A stretch of DNA of 64,000 bases from Promethearchaeia archaeon (GTDB taxonomy: Archaea > Asgardarchaeota > Lokiarchaeia > Sigyniarchaeales > SOKP01): positions 32,001 to 96,000 of the forward strand of contig JAHQWK010000011.1 in assembly GCA_029856145.1 (NCBI GenBank). The letters are read 5' to 3'. How positions within the stretch are numbered: the first letter of the stretch is position 1; every line of letters starts with the position of its first letter. Shown here in pieces: positions 21,157 through 31,824 of this stretch. Under the pieces are notes generated by a model. That model saw only the letters and a program-made list of their open reading frames with translations. It did no database searches and was not told the origin of the DNA. Made by a program: the position numbers and the translations under genes.

Positions 21157-21354
21157 ATGACGGAATTTAAAGTACTTACTTACATTATGCCATTAAAAGA
21201 GGCTAAAAGGGATTTTCACCCTCATGAATTTGAAAAAATGGTAAATCAACATCTTCAAGAAGGGTGGAAAGTCATAAACTGTGATGGTATTTTTTTAGGA
21301 GGCGTCAGCCCTACAAATGGTATACACTATTGGGCATATTTAGTAAAAGATTGA
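21157..21354 (+). CDS. DUF4177-like small protein
   Basis: MTEFKV...VNQHLQEGWKVI pattern; ATG 21157 preferred over GTG 21145. Confidence 0.55.
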   Translation: MTEFKVLTYIMPLKEAKRDFHPHEFEKMVNQHLQEGWKVINCDGIFLGGVSPTNGIHYWAYLVKD

Positions 21355-21521
21355 ATTCAGATAAAATTTCATTTTTTTTTTATTTTTGAATAGAAATACT
21401 TCAATCTTTATTTCGATTTTTTGTAGTTTTGGATTTAAAATTTGTATTAATATGAAAATATTTATTAGCAAATTATTTCATAAATTTATCAATATTCGAA
21501 AAAAACAATTATGGAAAAATC

Positions 21522-22766
21522 ATGAATGTTAGAGACATCAAAGGGCGTCCAAAATTCGAATCAGGTCAATTTTTAGGTTATTTTTTATGGAAGCAATCGG
21601 ATGGGTTTCATCTAAGATGGACCACCAAAAAAGGAAAAAACCACAACTTTCAAGGAAAGATAGCCTATCAAACTAAACTAAGAATTACCAGAATAGCTGT
21701 ACCCAAAACTGGGCTTAAAATATATGAAACTGAAGAAAAAATGATTCAATGGAATATTCCAAAAGAAGGAAAAGCAAATGGAATAGATTTCATTACCCCT
21801 GGAAATTTCACATTAGAATTGAGAATAGATAAAAAAAAAATTAAACCAAAAACAATATTTTTGGGACCTGAAATGAAAAATCCAGAGAGTAACCCTTTCA
21901 ATATTATTCAAATAATTGAAGAAAAAATATTAGAAAAAGAGATAAAAAGAAAATTAGAAAAAAAAATAAAAGGACCGTTAAGAGAAATCGAACCGAAAGC
22001 AATTTATGAATCTGTCTCAGAACCTGTACCGGTATACGAACCAGAACCAGTATATGAGCCAGAACCAGTATACGAACCTGAGCCAGAACCAGCACCAGTT
22101 TATGAACCTGAACCTGAACCAGTATACGAACCTGAGCCAGAGCCAGAACCAGTTTATGAACCTGAACCAATATATGAACCTGAGCCAGAGCCAGAACCAG
22201 TTTATGAACCTGAACCAGAGCCAGTATATGAACCTGAACCAGAACCAGTATATGAACCTGAGCCAGAGCCAGTATATGAACCTGAACCAGAACCAGTATA
22301 CGAACCTGAGCCAGAGCCAGTATATGAACCTGAACCTGAACCAGTATATGAACCTGAGCCAGAGCCAGTATATGAACCTGAACCTGAACCAGTATATGAA
22401 CCTGAGCCAGAGCCAGTATATGAACCTGAACCTGAACCAGTATACGAACCTGAACCAGAGCCAGTATATGAACCTGAACCTGAACCAGTATACGAACCAG
22501 AACCAGAACCAGTATATGAACCAGAACCAGAATCCGTATATAAACCTGAACCAGAACCAATATATGAACCTGAACCAGTATACGAACCAGAACCAGAACC
22601 AGAACCAGAATATGAACCAGAACCAGAACCAGAACCAGTATACGAACCAGAACCAGAGCCATTTTATGAACCTGAACCAGAATATGAATCTCTTCCAGAA
22701 CAAAAACCAGAAGAAATTAAAGACAATGAAGAAAAAAAAAGCGAAAAAAAATCTGAAGAAGAATAA
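21522..22766 (+). CDS. Protein with N-terminal beta domain and long EPEPEPVY repeat tail
   Basis: About 130-aa globular N-terminus followed by about 225 aa of Glu-Pro/Tyr repeats. Confidence 0.8.
   Translation: MNVRDIKGRPKFESGQFLGYFLWKQSDGFHLRWTTKKGKNHNFQGKIAYQTKLRITRIAVPKTGLKIYETEEKMIQWNIPKEGKANGIDFITPGNFTLELRIDKKKIKPKTIFLGPEMKNPESNPFNIIQIIEEKILEKEIKRKLEKKIKGPLREIEPKAIYESVSEPVPVYEPEPVYEPEPVYEPEPEPAPVYEPEPEPVYEPEPEPEPVYEPEPIYEPEPEPEPVYEPEPEPVYEPEPEPVYEPEPEPVYEPEPEPVYEPEPEPVYEPEPEPVYEPEPEPVYEPEPEPVYEPEPEPVYEPEPEPVYEPEPEPVYEPEPEPVYEPEPEPVYEPEPESVYKPEPEPIYEPEPVYEPEPEPEPEYEPEPEPEPVYEPEPEPFYEPEPEYESLPEQKPEEIKDNEEKKSEKKSEEE
22021..22688 (+). repeat. Intragenic tandem repeat, 24-bp unit (GAACCTGARCCAGARCCAGTATAY) encoding EPEPEPVY, with 18- and 30-bp variants
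   Basis: Tyr codons recur every 24 bp from 22203 to 22563; about 28 Tyr-containing units in total. Confidence 0.97.
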
Positions 22767-22845
22767 AAACTCTTTATTATTTATTTTTATTATTTTATTG
22801 ATTTAAAAGGGAAAATTTAAAAGAATTTTAGAGATAACTTCTTCT

Positions 22846-23292
22846 ATGAGTCATTATCTTTTGGATTTAACACTGTTTTTTATAATAAATAGTGCTAATA
22901 TCATAATAAGTGCTATTTTCATAACAAGGGTTAAAAAACCAGGATTTGAACATATTTTGGGTATTTTATACTTGGTACTAGGCATTCCCACTTTAATAAT
23001 CGCAATTACAAACATTCTATTTCAACGAGAATGGTGGTTTTGGATATTTCCATCGCTTTTTCTGATCTTTATTGTTTTTGAACTTATTATTGATTATATT
23101 AAAAAAATTGAGTTTCGCAATCCTCGAAACAAAAGGATATTAGTTCCATATTTAATTCTATATTATATTAGCATAATATTAATGTGGGGTTTAACTTGGA
23201 CATTAGGAATTTCATATGGAGCAATTACAGGGATTACTTACTTCTTACAATTAGGATGTTCAATTTATGCGGGCAAACATGGAGTAGGATAA
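22846..23292 (+). CDS. Hypothetical membrane protein
   Basis: About 5 TM helices. Confidence 0.6.
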   Translation: MSHYLLDLTLFFIINSANIIISAIFITRVKKPGFEHILGILYLVLGIPTLIIAITNILFQREWWFWIFPSLFLIFIVFELIIDYIKKIEFRNPRNKRILVPYLILYYISIILMWGLTWTLGISYGAITGITYFLQLGCSIYAGKHGVG

Positions 23293-23343
23293 TAAATATT
23301 TTCATCTAAAATTTTATTTAAAAAAAGATCTTTACTTGATGAT

Positions 23344-23850
23344 TTATTCTTCCCATATATATGTAGAATCACAAAAATGATCGCCTTTCATCAAAGATTT
23401 TGTGCGTACTAATTTAAGATTAGGATGGAAAGCTTTAGCCATGGCAAAATCTGGATAACAGCACATAGCATGGCCAATATCAGACGCACCCAATTCTAAG
23501 AAGGTTTTTGCCCAAAGACATTCGGTAAATCTGAAAGCTAATTTATTTGGTGTATCCTCTACTATTTTAAATTTTAAACAGTTTTGCATATATTCTGTGC
23601 TGATTTGTTCTTTATAAATTTCTTTAAATTCCTCAAAATTGGTAATAGGGTTAGAATTTTTTAGTTGCCTTACAATTAGTTCAATACCTTTTTTTTCCCA
23701 GAGCTTCTTAATGATATTTAAAGCTTTCTTTTCGTCCATAAGTGGGGTTAATATTCTTATAATCTCAACTATTCCATTAAATCGTGTTCTAAAATAATCC
23801 TCATAAGAAATTCCAAATTTATTTTTAGATTTATCATATTTTTTTGACAT
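23344..23850 (-). CDS. L-2-amino-thiazoline-4-carboxylate hydrolase family (V4R-like) protein
   Basis: ECLWA...CCYPD...RTKSLMKGDHFCD. Confidence 0.82.
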   Translation of the reverse strand: MSKKYDKSKNKFGISYEDYFRTRFNGIVEIIRILTPLMDEKKALNIIKKLWEKKGIELIVRQLKNSNPITNFEEFKEIYKEQISTEYMQNCLKFKIVEDTPNKLAFRFTECLWAKTFLELGASDIGHAMCCYPDFAMAKAFHPNLKLVRTKSLMKGDHFCDSTYIWEE

Positions 23851-24149
23851 TTTCTATTCCTTCTATGTAAATTTTGTTCTGATAATTCCGTTCTCCTTAT
23901 TGATTTAATTGTAATAAGAATATTTATTTTATACGATTAAGATTTTTAGGTCTATTACCACTTAAAAAAAAATATCAAGAAGAAATACAAATTAAATAAT
24001 CTAAAGGATTTATTAATTATTTCTTCTCAAAAATTTTATTAAGTATTACTATAAAACGACAATGAATTATACTTTTTTGTAATAGTTAAATAGAATTTGA
24101 AATATATTAACTTAATAATTTAAAAAAAATAAAAATTAGAGTATTTAAA

Positions 24150-26882
24150 ATGCGAATTCCAGATAAAAAGAATACAGTTAAGTTAGCGACTGTAATGGTT
24201 ATGGCGGCAATAATCATGACAATCTTTTCAATTCCACTGATAAGTATAATAGCTCCGCTTGGAGATATTCTCTTTCCGGGGAGTGGTGTATGGAATGTTC
24301 CAGGTGAAGTTCCGCAACAGGAAACGCTTTATATCCCTGGGCTAAATAGTTCCGTAACAATTTATCGTGATGAATGGGGAGTCCCTCATATCTATGCATC
24401 TAATGAAGAGGATGTAAGTTTCGCTTTAGGTTACGTCCATGCTCAAGATAGACTATTTCAAATGGATTTAGCTCGGCGCAATATAAGGGGTAAACTTTCT
24501 GAAGTAGTAGGAGAAATGGCTATAGAAGAAGATAAATATAATCTTGCTATGGGAATGGAATATTGGGCAAATAAAAGTTTGTATGATCTTATTCAAATGA
24601 AAGAAGATGGAAAATCTAATCTTATAGATCTTATAAATTCCTATGCTGATGGAGTAAATTATTATATTTGTGCCCACCAAAATGAATTGCCAATAGAATA
24701 TGCAATACTAGGATTTGAGCCTGCAAGATGGACTGCTTTAGATACACTGTGTTTTATTAAATATATGAGTAAAATGCTTACCTGGGGGTATGACGATTTA
24801 TACAGATTACAGACTTTAGAAGCTTTGGGTTCTGCTGATTATACCGAATTGATGTCTATGACAACATATGGCCAGATTCCTATATGTCCTAATTATGGTG
24901 AATTTGATGATAGTTCAGAACTCTCATTCAATGGTGGTCCATTAAAAATTAGCTCAAAGGTTATACAAACTATTTCTAGCTTTCTAAAAAGTGTAGAGTC
25001 AATCCCATCAGAAAAAGCTTTAATGGATCTTAAAGAAGAAAATGCGATAGGTTCTAATAATTGGGTTGTTGATGGTGTAAAAAGCAGTACTGGGAAACCA
25101 ATTTTATGTAATGATATGCATCTAGCTTGGAATATGCCTGGAATATGGTATGAAGCACACCTAGTTGCTGAAAGTACTGGTTTAAATGTATATGGGTTTA
25201 CTCTCGCGGGGGGAAATGTTGTTGTGGTGGGACATAATGAGCACGTTGCTTGGGGATTTACAAATACAGGGTACGATGTTATGGATTGGTACTACTATGA
25301 AGAAGTAGATTCTGATCATTATATTCATAACGGGATATTAAAAGAGTATACAAAAAGAACTTATAATATAAAAATAAAGGATGAAGGAACTCAAACGTTA
25401 ACAGTCAAAAATACAGTACATGGCCCTGTTCTCAATGATTTTCTAGGTGGAGCCGTTCCTGACTCTTTAGATGCTGGAAATATTGTATTGGCTCCTAAAT
25501 GGACAGGAAATAATATAACTTATGAATTTTTAGCCTTATATGGATATAATCATGCAGAAAATAGAGCTGACTTCAATCAATCCTCTACTTACTTTCACTG
25601 CCCTGCTCAGAATCATGTATACGCGGATATTGATGGGAACATTGCTATTAGACCTACAGGATTAGTACCCATAAGGGATGATAATCTAATTGAATCTTGG
25701 CATTTCGGTAATGGTACATTACCATATAATGGAACGAAGGGTGAAGGGGAGTGGATTGGGTATATCCCTTTTGAAGAATTACCAAATACAGAAAATCCAT
25801 CTCAACACTATTTGGCATCGGCAAATCAAATAGCAGTGGGTCCTAATTATACAAAATATGCTCTTCAAAACAGTTATGCTACTGGCTATCGAGCCAGACG
25901 GATTAATGAATTAATTAAAAATGCTCCAGATGGAACCATTGGTATAGAAAAGATGAAAGAAATACAACTTGATGTCAAATCAACACCCGCAAGAGCTTTA
26001 ATACCGTATCTTATTAATACAACTGAAGCATTACCTACTCCTCAAAAAACACCTATAGTACTAGATATCTTAACTCAATTAAAAAATTGGGATTATGATA
26101 TGGATAAAGATTTAGCAGCGCCGACTATCTATCGTAAGTGGAGGGATTATTATATGGATTATACCTTTAATGATGAAATGCAAGCTGTTGGAGCACCGAT
26201 GCAACCACCATTGAATGTTTTGGAAAAATTAACTCGAGATGAACCCGAATCAGATTGGTTTGATGATATTAACACTATTAAAATTGAAAATAGAACCCAT
26301 ATCATGATTAGAGCCCTAAATTCTACAATTGATTCTCTTTTAGGATTTTATGGTACGGATGAAGTAAGTACATGGAGATGGGGAGAAATGCACCAATATC
26401 TTTATCCTCACATAGCAGGATTAGAAAGTTTCGATAAAGGTCCATTTGAGGGAGATGGCGAAGGGTATACTGTCAATCCATCAGGGTCGAGTATAAGAGG
26501 TGGAGTGGGTTATGCGCGGTCGGGTGCTTCTGAACGAATGATAGTTGATTTTAGCGATTTACAGAATTCATTGAGTGTGATCCCATCTGGGCAGAGAGCC
26601 ATTGCAAATTCCAAACATTATTCAGATCAGTTAGAACTATTCTTAGAAGGTAAATATCATAAGCAATATTTCTACACTACTGCAGAAGTTTTTCCACAGA
26701 GTCATATTGAATCTCAAATTAGGATTTTTGCTACAGAAGACCCTTCTTTTATAATTATTTTGACAACATCCCTAATCGTAGGATTCTCAGTAGGTATTGT
26801 AGTTAGTGTAGTTGGCTGGTACAAAAGAGAGCTAATTAGTTCAAAATTTAAAGAATTAAAAAGGAGATTCAGAGGTGAATAG
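24150..26882 (+). CDS. Penicillin acylase family Ntn-hydrolase (S45), membrane anchored at both ends
   Basis: RDEWGVPHIYA, GYVHAQDRLFQMD, autocleavage GSNNW, NDMHL, ASANQ, SGQ...HYSDQ; N- and C-terminal hydrophobic helices. Confidence 0.93.
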   Translation: MRIPDKKNTVKLATVMVMAAIIMTIFSIPLISIIAPLGDILFPGSGVWNVPGEVPQQETLYIPGLNSSVTIYRDEWGVPHIYASNEEDVSFALGYVHAQDRLFQMDLARRNIRGKLSEVVGEMAIEEDKYNLAMGMEYWANKSLYDLIQMKEDGKSNLIDLINSYADGVNYYICAHQNELPIEYAILGFEPARWTALDTLCFIKYMSKMLTWGYDDLYRLQTLEALGSADYTELMSMTTYGQIPICPNYGEFDDSSELSFNGGPLKISSKVIQTISSFLKSVESIPSEKALMDLKEENAIGSNNWVVDGVKSSTGKPILCNDMHLAWNMPGIWYEAHLVAESTGLNVYGFTLAGGNVVVVGHNEHVAWGFTNTGYDVMDWYYYEEVDSDHYIHNGILKEYTKRTYNIKIKDEGTQTLTVKNTVHGPVLNDFLGGAVPDSLDAGNIVLAPKWTGNNITYEFLALYGYNHAENRADFNQSSTYFHCPAQNHVYADIDGNIAIRPTGLVPIRDDNLIESWHFGNGTLPYNGTKGEGEWIGYIPFEELPNTENPSQHYLASANQIAVGPNYTKYALQNSYATGYRARRINELIKNAPDGTIGIEKMKEIQLDVKSTPARALIPYLINTTEALPTPQKTPIVLDILTQLKNWDYDMDKDLAAPTIYRKWRDYYMDYTFNDEMQAVGAPMQPPLNVLEKLTRDEPESDWFDDINTIKIENRTHIMIRALNSTIDSLLGFYGTDEVSTWRWGEMHQYLYPHIAGLESFDKGPFEGDGEGYTVNPSGSSIRGGVGYARSGASERMIVDFSDLQNSLSVIPSGQRAIANSKHYSDQLELFLEGKYHKQYFYTTAEVFPQSHIESQIRIFATEDPSFIIILTTSLIVGFSVGIVVSVVGWYKRELISSKFKELKRRFRGE
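26872..26878 (+). promoter_or_regulatory. Archaeal Shine-Dalgarno GAGGTGA, 5 nt upstream of ATG 26884
   Basis: Matches the archaeal GGAGGTGA consensus; lies within the acylase 3' end. Confidence 0.7.
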
Positions 26883-26883
26883 A

Positions 26884-27351
26884 ATGAAGCTTAAAGAGAT
26901 TAAAATCAATATAAGTCCTGAAACTAGAAACTTTTTAATTTCGTTTATAATTACAGCAATCATTACATTCATTCTGACATACGTTCCAATCTGGCAATTA
27001 ATCATAATTCCAGGTATAGTCGGAGGTCTCCTTAATAAAACAATGAGATGTGGAATATATAGTGGTGTTCTTGGAGTTTCAATAGTATGGCTTTTCTACA
27101 TGATTTATAAAATGATAGCAAAAGATGCCTATACACATTTAGATCAATTTGCTGGATTAATCTTCGGTGGGTTAGGCTATGGTTGGATTATTTTCATCTT
27201 GATATTATTATTAGGAGTTTTGTTTGGTGCTTTAGGTGGGGCAATAGGGAGTGGGGTCATGATATTGCTAAGACCTCGACTTGAGAGAGGATCAACAAAA
27301 AGCGTAGAAACAAAAAATTCCACTACTGGTGGAGGAAATATTAAAAAATAA
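26884..27351 (+). CDS. Small Gly-rich membrane protein coupled to the acylase
   Basis: 4 TM helices; SD AGGTGA at 26873-26878, ATG 26884 just after the acylase stop. Confidence 0.7.
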   Translation: MKLKEIKINISPETRNFLISFIITAIITFILTYVPIWQLIIIPGIVGGLLNKTMRCGIYSGVLGVSIVWLFYMIYKMIAKDAYTHLDQFAGLIFGGLGYGWIIFILILLLGVLFGALGGAIGSGVMILLRPRLERGSTKSVETKNSTTGGGNIKK

Positions 27352-27372
27352 AAAATTTTTTTTTTTGTTTAT
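27343..27372. terminator. Probable bidirectional oligo-T/oligo-A terminator between convergent genes
   Basis: aaaaaataaaaaattttttttttttg between the convergent 26884 and 27385 ORFs; archaeal terminators are U-rich. Confidence 0.4.
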
Positions 27373-27384
27373 TTAATTTCTTAC

Positions 27385-28722
27385 TTATTTAATTTTATAT
27401 TGACTTTTCAAGAAATTTATGATATAGTCTTTAACTTTATCACGGTCAGGTAAGCTAGCAACCATACCATATATAGCAGCATCTCCATCAGTAGATTCTC
27501 CAGGGTGTTCAACTACTTCAGTAACAGTTTTTCTGAGATCTTTCAAGAATGTATCAACTATCTCAGCATGGTGAGGATTAACCATCATATGTAGAGCATT
27601 TGGGAATTGAATTCGGTCTAAATGCCAACCCTTCTTATCCAAAAGATCTCCTAAATAATAAACATCGATTTTATCAGATGTAAAAGAAAAAACGCTCATC
27701 ACTGGTTTTCCAATAATGTATAGCTTGGGTATTTGGTTTATTCCTTTAATTAACTTCTCTGAAGCATCCATAACAATTTTTGCTAAATTTAAATACCCAT
27801 TCATCCCTAAATGTTTCATAGCAGCCCATGCCGCTGCGATTGCCCCTCCAGGACGTGTTCCTCTCATAGATGGGGAAATATAGATACCCCCTGACCAATC
27901 TGTATATACAGAAAATTGATGTTTCCAAACCCGTTCTTTTCGATAAAGGATTGTGGATGCTCCTTTTGCTCCATAACCGTACTTATGAACATCGGCACTA
28001 ATAGATGTCACACCAGGGACAGAGAAATCGAATGCGGGAACTTCATAACCAAGCTTCTTAACGAAGGGTAACATGAATCCTCCAAGGCAACCATCAACAT
28101 GTAATCCAATACCATATTCTTGAGCAATTTCTCCAAGTTCTGAGATTGGATCTACAACACCTCTCGGAAAATCACAGGCTGAACCAACAAGAAGTATTGT
28201 ATTCTCATTAATTGCATTTTCCATAGCTTTTACATCCGCTTGATGTGAACTTTGATCTACTGGGACTCTTGTTGATTTTACATTAAAATAATCGGCTCCT
28301 TTATCAAAAGCAGGATGTGCTGAGCTAGGTAAAATCATTTCTGGCTCTTTAATGCGGGGAAACTTCTCTTTTGCCCAATCTCTATATGTTTTTATCGCCA
28401 TTAAGATGCTTTCAGTACCTCCTGATGTCATGCTTCCACAGCATCTTTTATCTCCATTAAATAGGTCAACGGTCATAGAGATAACTTCTATTTCAAATTT
28501 CTTTAAACTAGGAAAGGCAATTGGACTTAATGCATTCTTCGAGAAAAACATGGTATATGCTTTTTTAAGCATTTCAGTATGCTCATCTGTGGCATGATAA
28601 ACTAAACTCCAAACTTTTCCATCCCTCCAATTTATATCATCTTTACGTATATTTTCCATCTCTTTCAAGAGATCTATTTCAAGGATTCCGTTCTCTGGTA
28701 AAATTACTTTAGGTCTTACCAT
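27385..28722 (-). CDS. Sphingosine-1-phosphate lyase-like PLP-dependent enzyme (group II decarboxylase family)
   Basis: TSGGTESI, HPAFDK, HVDGCLGGF, SISADVHKYG (PLP Lys), GTRPG, AIYG. Confidence 0.85.
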   Translation of the reverse strand: MVRPKVILPENGILEIDLLKEMENIRKDDINWRDGKVWSLVYHATDEHTEMLKKAYTMFFSKNALSPIAFPSLKKFEIEVISMTVDLFNGDKRCCGSMTSGGTESILMAIKTYRDWAKEKFPRIKEPEMILPSSAHPAFDKGADYFNVKSTRVPVDQSSHQADVKAMENAINENTILLVGSACDFPRGVVDPISELGEIAQEYGIGLHVDGCLGGFMLPFVKKLGYEVPAFDFSVPGVTSISADVHKYGYGAKGASTILYRKERVWKHQFSVYTDWSGGIYISPSMRGTRPGGAIAAAWAAMKHLGMNGYLNLAKIVMDASEKLIKGINQIPKLYIIGKPVMSVFSFTSDKIDVYYLGDLLDKKGWHLDRIQFPNALHMMVNPHHAEIVDTFLKDLRKTVTEVVEHPGESTDGDAAIYGMVASLPDRDKVKDYIINFLKSQYKIK

Positions 28723-28795
28723 TTTATTTTCACAAATAATTATGATTTTTTATTTAATATGTTATATCAATTGTTATATAATAATTATTTTAACC

Positions 28796-29953
28796 CTAAA
28801 GAGATTTTAATGGATAAACTCCAAATTTATTTGTTGTTTCAATCATCCATTTTATTCGTTCAGGTGACATCATAGGGTGAAAATTTGCTGGGGAAACCAT
28901 GAATCCCCCGCCATATCCCATTGCCTTAATAGCATTTTTAACTGCTTGTTCTACTTCCTCTTTTGTAGCATCTACTAAAATATGTCTTGTATCAATATTT
29001 CCAGATAAGCAGAGTTTATCTCCTACTTTCTTTTTTACATAATAAGGATCAACAAAAGGGGGCTCTAGACATTGAAGACCATCAAACCCTGAATTTACAA
29101 TAAATTCTAAAAGAGTAGTCACATCTCCATCGGTATGTAAGATATATTTGCCGCCCCAATCATGGATTTGTTCTGAAACTTCTTGAAAGCGTGGAAGGAG
29201 ATATTTATCGAAATATTTTGGATGAATCATTGGTCCTCCTTTATGGGCAATATCCCCACCCTCAAGAAAGATTTTAGCGCCACATTCGTGATACGCTTTG
29301 AAAACTGTTAATGTAAAGTCTGTGCAAAAGCGGAAACGTTCTTCAATTAATTTAGGATCATTTTTTAATGCACGTGCAAAATAAGCCATTCCCATTCCTT
29401 GCCAGACGGGTGGAAAGACTGATGTTAGGGCGTTTTGAGTAAAAATACAAATCTCATCTTTAATATCTCGACACTTTCTTAAGACTCCTTTGTAAAATTT
29501 CTTAGCCCTTCTGTATTCCTCTTTCAAATCTGGTTTAGGGTATGCTTCCCAATCTTCTCTATTTTTAATATATCCACCATAATAATCGGGATATGGATTT
29601 CCATCTATATTTCTTACTTTATGCCTCTTCCCAAATATGTCTGTCATCTCAGTTTGACTTTCGAGGATGAATGGAATATATTGGATACCGACTCCATCAA
29701 AACCTAATTCATAACCTGCGCGGACTGCTTTTGTAAAAACAGTAATTTCAATATCATCAAGAATTTGATTAATTTTTTCAACCCATTCATCTGGATATTT
29801 TCTTTCCATCTCATCAAAGACATCAAATGCGGTTCTCTCTGGTTTTCCTAAAATCTGATCAGCAACATTTCCATCAATATTTATTGTATGAGTTGGGATT
29901 CTGTCTGGCTCTTCAAGATTTAAAGCAGCCCATATTCGATCAAAACTATTCAT
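28796..29953 (-). CDS. Uroporphyrinogen decarboxylase / MtaA-CmuA family protein
   Basis: EEPDRIP N-terminus, GDIAHKGGPM, ILHTDG, LCLSGNID, GGGFMVS. Confidence 0.85.
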   Translation of the reverse strand: MNSFDRIWAALNLEEPDRIPTHTINIDGNVADQILGKPERTAFDVFDEMERKYPDEWVEKINQILDDIEITVFTKAVRAGYELGFDGVGIQYIPFILESQTEMTDIFGKRHKVRNIDGNPYPDYYGGYIKNREDWEAYPKPDLKEEYRRAKKFYKGVLRKCRDIKDEICIFTQNALTSVFPPVWQGMGMAYFARALKNDPKLIEERFRFCTDFTLTVFKAYHECGAKIFLEGGDIAHKGGPMIHPKYFDKYLLPRFQEVSEQIHDWGGKYILHTDGDVTTLLEFIVNSGFDGLQCLEPPFVDPYYVKKKVGDKLCLSGNIDTRHILVDATKEEVEQAVKNAIKAMGYGGGFMVSPANFHPMMSPERIKWMIETTNKFGVYPLKSL

Positions 29954-30093
29954 GTTATTAATTTCGATATTGGAATATTTAATTATTTTATTATTATTAA
30001 ACTAAAATAATTTAGAATTGTTAGGGGATATTAGCGAAATTATTTAATGCATATCAAGGAAGAATAGAAAAAAAAAGAAAAAATGGAGTCAAT

Positions 30094-31695
30094 TTAATTA
30101 TATTTTAACCGCTTTTTAACTAGGATCACAGAAGTAATACCAATAATTAGACTGAATATTAATAGATTGTATCCTGAGATTTGAGGTTGTGTTGATTGTA
30201 TAGATACAGTTATATAAATACAATTAGAAGTACTATTACCGAAATTATTAAAAGCTACAGCTCTAAAGTAATAGACACCGTCATTATAATTGCTTATTGG
30301 AAGAGAATATACATCAGTTTCATCTGCTTTAATCGTTAAGCTGCCGTTAATTTCTGTTATGTAACTTGAATACTCATAAATAGAATAATTCCTAGCCCGT
30401 GGTGAAACTGACCAACTTAAAGTAAATTCACCATCATCGTCAATAGTACCAGAAGGAGGGGATAATTGAAAACCACCAGGAGACTCAATTGAAAGTTTTA
30501 TCAAATATAAATCGTAAAAAGGACCTATTCTGTAATTACCTGTAATATATATCTTATCAGACGAGTCTATGATTAGATCAAAACAAAAGTGTTGATAAGT
30601 GGGAGATCTTTCCCAGGTTTTATACCAAAGAAGATTTCCTTTTGAATCATATTTTACTAAAGAAATATTTAAACCGAGAGCATATCCTCCTAAATAAATA
30701 TTATCAGCAGAATCAACAGCAATTCCACGCACCTCATCATCTGCAATAGTACCCCAAGTTCGATTCCAATACCAATTTCCATCAGAGTCATATTTTACAA
30801 CAATATAGTCCTTTTGCATCGCACCATAGCTTTGTGTATATCCAGATGCATACACATTGGCTTTAGAATCTAAAGCGACGCCCCATGCTTCATCAGGATC
30901 AGATCCTCCCCAAGTTCTGTTCCATAAATAATCTCCAGAATTATCAAATTTTACTAATAATAAATCATTTTCAAGCCCGACGGGTTTATTTACACCTGAA
31001 ACGTAAATATTATTAGAAGAATCTAAGACGATATCACGACCAGCTTGATAACCAGGTTTATCATGTGCTGAACTCCATTGTAAGTGCCCTGAACTATTAT
31101 ATTTTAATAAAAGAATTGAAGTTGAAGTTGTGAATGTTTGTCCTACAACATAAATCATATTTTGAGAATCAATCGTTAAAGCCCAAGCACCATCATATAA
31201 ACCACTGTCATAAGAGCTTTTCCATTCTAAATCGCCATTACTATTAAATTTAAGAAGAAGAACATCAAAATTAGGATAAGAAGTCCCATTAGCTGCAGCG
31301 ACATAGATATAACCTAAGGAATCCACAGCTACATCATAACCATATTCATAAACACCACCATCCCACGTAATATTCCATTGCTGTTTTCCATTAGGATTAT
31401 ACTTAATTAATATAACATCATAATCAACCGAACCATTATATCCTACAACATAAATATCTCCAGTAGTTTCATATATAGCAACACTTTGTCCATATTCGTT
31501 ATCACCTTTATCCCAAGTAACATTCCAATCTTCAATAAGTGATAATTTTAGGTTGCTTGAATCATTTTCAATATTTGCTTGACTATCTATTATTTTATCT
31601 GATGAGTATATAAAAAGATTAGAACTGGTAATAGTTATCGAAGTCAAGAATACAAGAAGAAATATTATAGGAAATTTGTTATTTTTTATTTTCAT
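30094..31695 (-). CDS. Secreted SBBP beta-propeller repeat protein with FN3-like domain and C-terminal sorting signal
   Basis: Signal peptide; repeats VAVDSxxxIYV-G...LLKFxSxGxxxW; YYFRAVAFN; ISGY + TM + KKR tail. Confidence 0.85.
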   Translation of the reverse strand: MKIKNNKFPIIFLLVFLTSITITSSNLFIYSSDKIIDSQANIENDSSNLKLSLIEDWNVTWDKGDNEYGQSVAIYETTGDIYVVGYNGSVDYDVILIKYNPNGKQQWNITWDGGVYEYGYDVAVDSLGYIYVAAANGTSYPNFDVLLLKFNSNGDLEWKSSYDSGLYDGAWALTIDSQNMIYVVGQTFTTSTSILLLKYNSSGHLQWSSAHDKPGYQAGRDIVLDSSNNIYVSGVNKPVGLENDLLLVKFDNSGDYLWNRTWGGSDPDEAWGVALDSKANVYASGYTQSYGAMQKDYIVVKYDSDGNWYWNRTWGTIADDEVRGIAVDSADNIYLGGYALGLNISLVKYDSKGNLLWYKTWERSPTYQHFCFDLIIDSSDKIYITGNYRIGPFYDLYLIKLSIESPGGFQLSPPSGTIDDDGEFTLSWSVSPRARNYSIYEYSSYITEINGSLTIKADETDVYSLPISNYNDGVYYFRAVAFNNFGNSTSNCIYITVSIQSTQPQISGYNLLIFSLIIGITSVILVKKRLKYN

Positions 31696-31824
31696 TTTAA
31701 GATCACTTAATTTATCTTATAGAATATTATTAGACAAACAAATTGAGATAAAGAATTCTAGAATGTGGTTGTATATATATTTAACTTTTATCTGTTGAGA
31801 AAAATTAGAAAAAGAATATGAGTC

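Noticed and set aside
22021-22688. Possible CRISPR array
   Set aside because: The units are contiguous with no unique spacers, stay in frame within a CDS, and no cas genes are present.
21904-22806. Three long alternative-frame ORFs (252, 266 and 228 aa) over the repeat
   Set aside because: These are by-products of a stop-free 24-bp repeat. Only the EP frame joins a globular N-terminal domain and shows largely synonymous variation.
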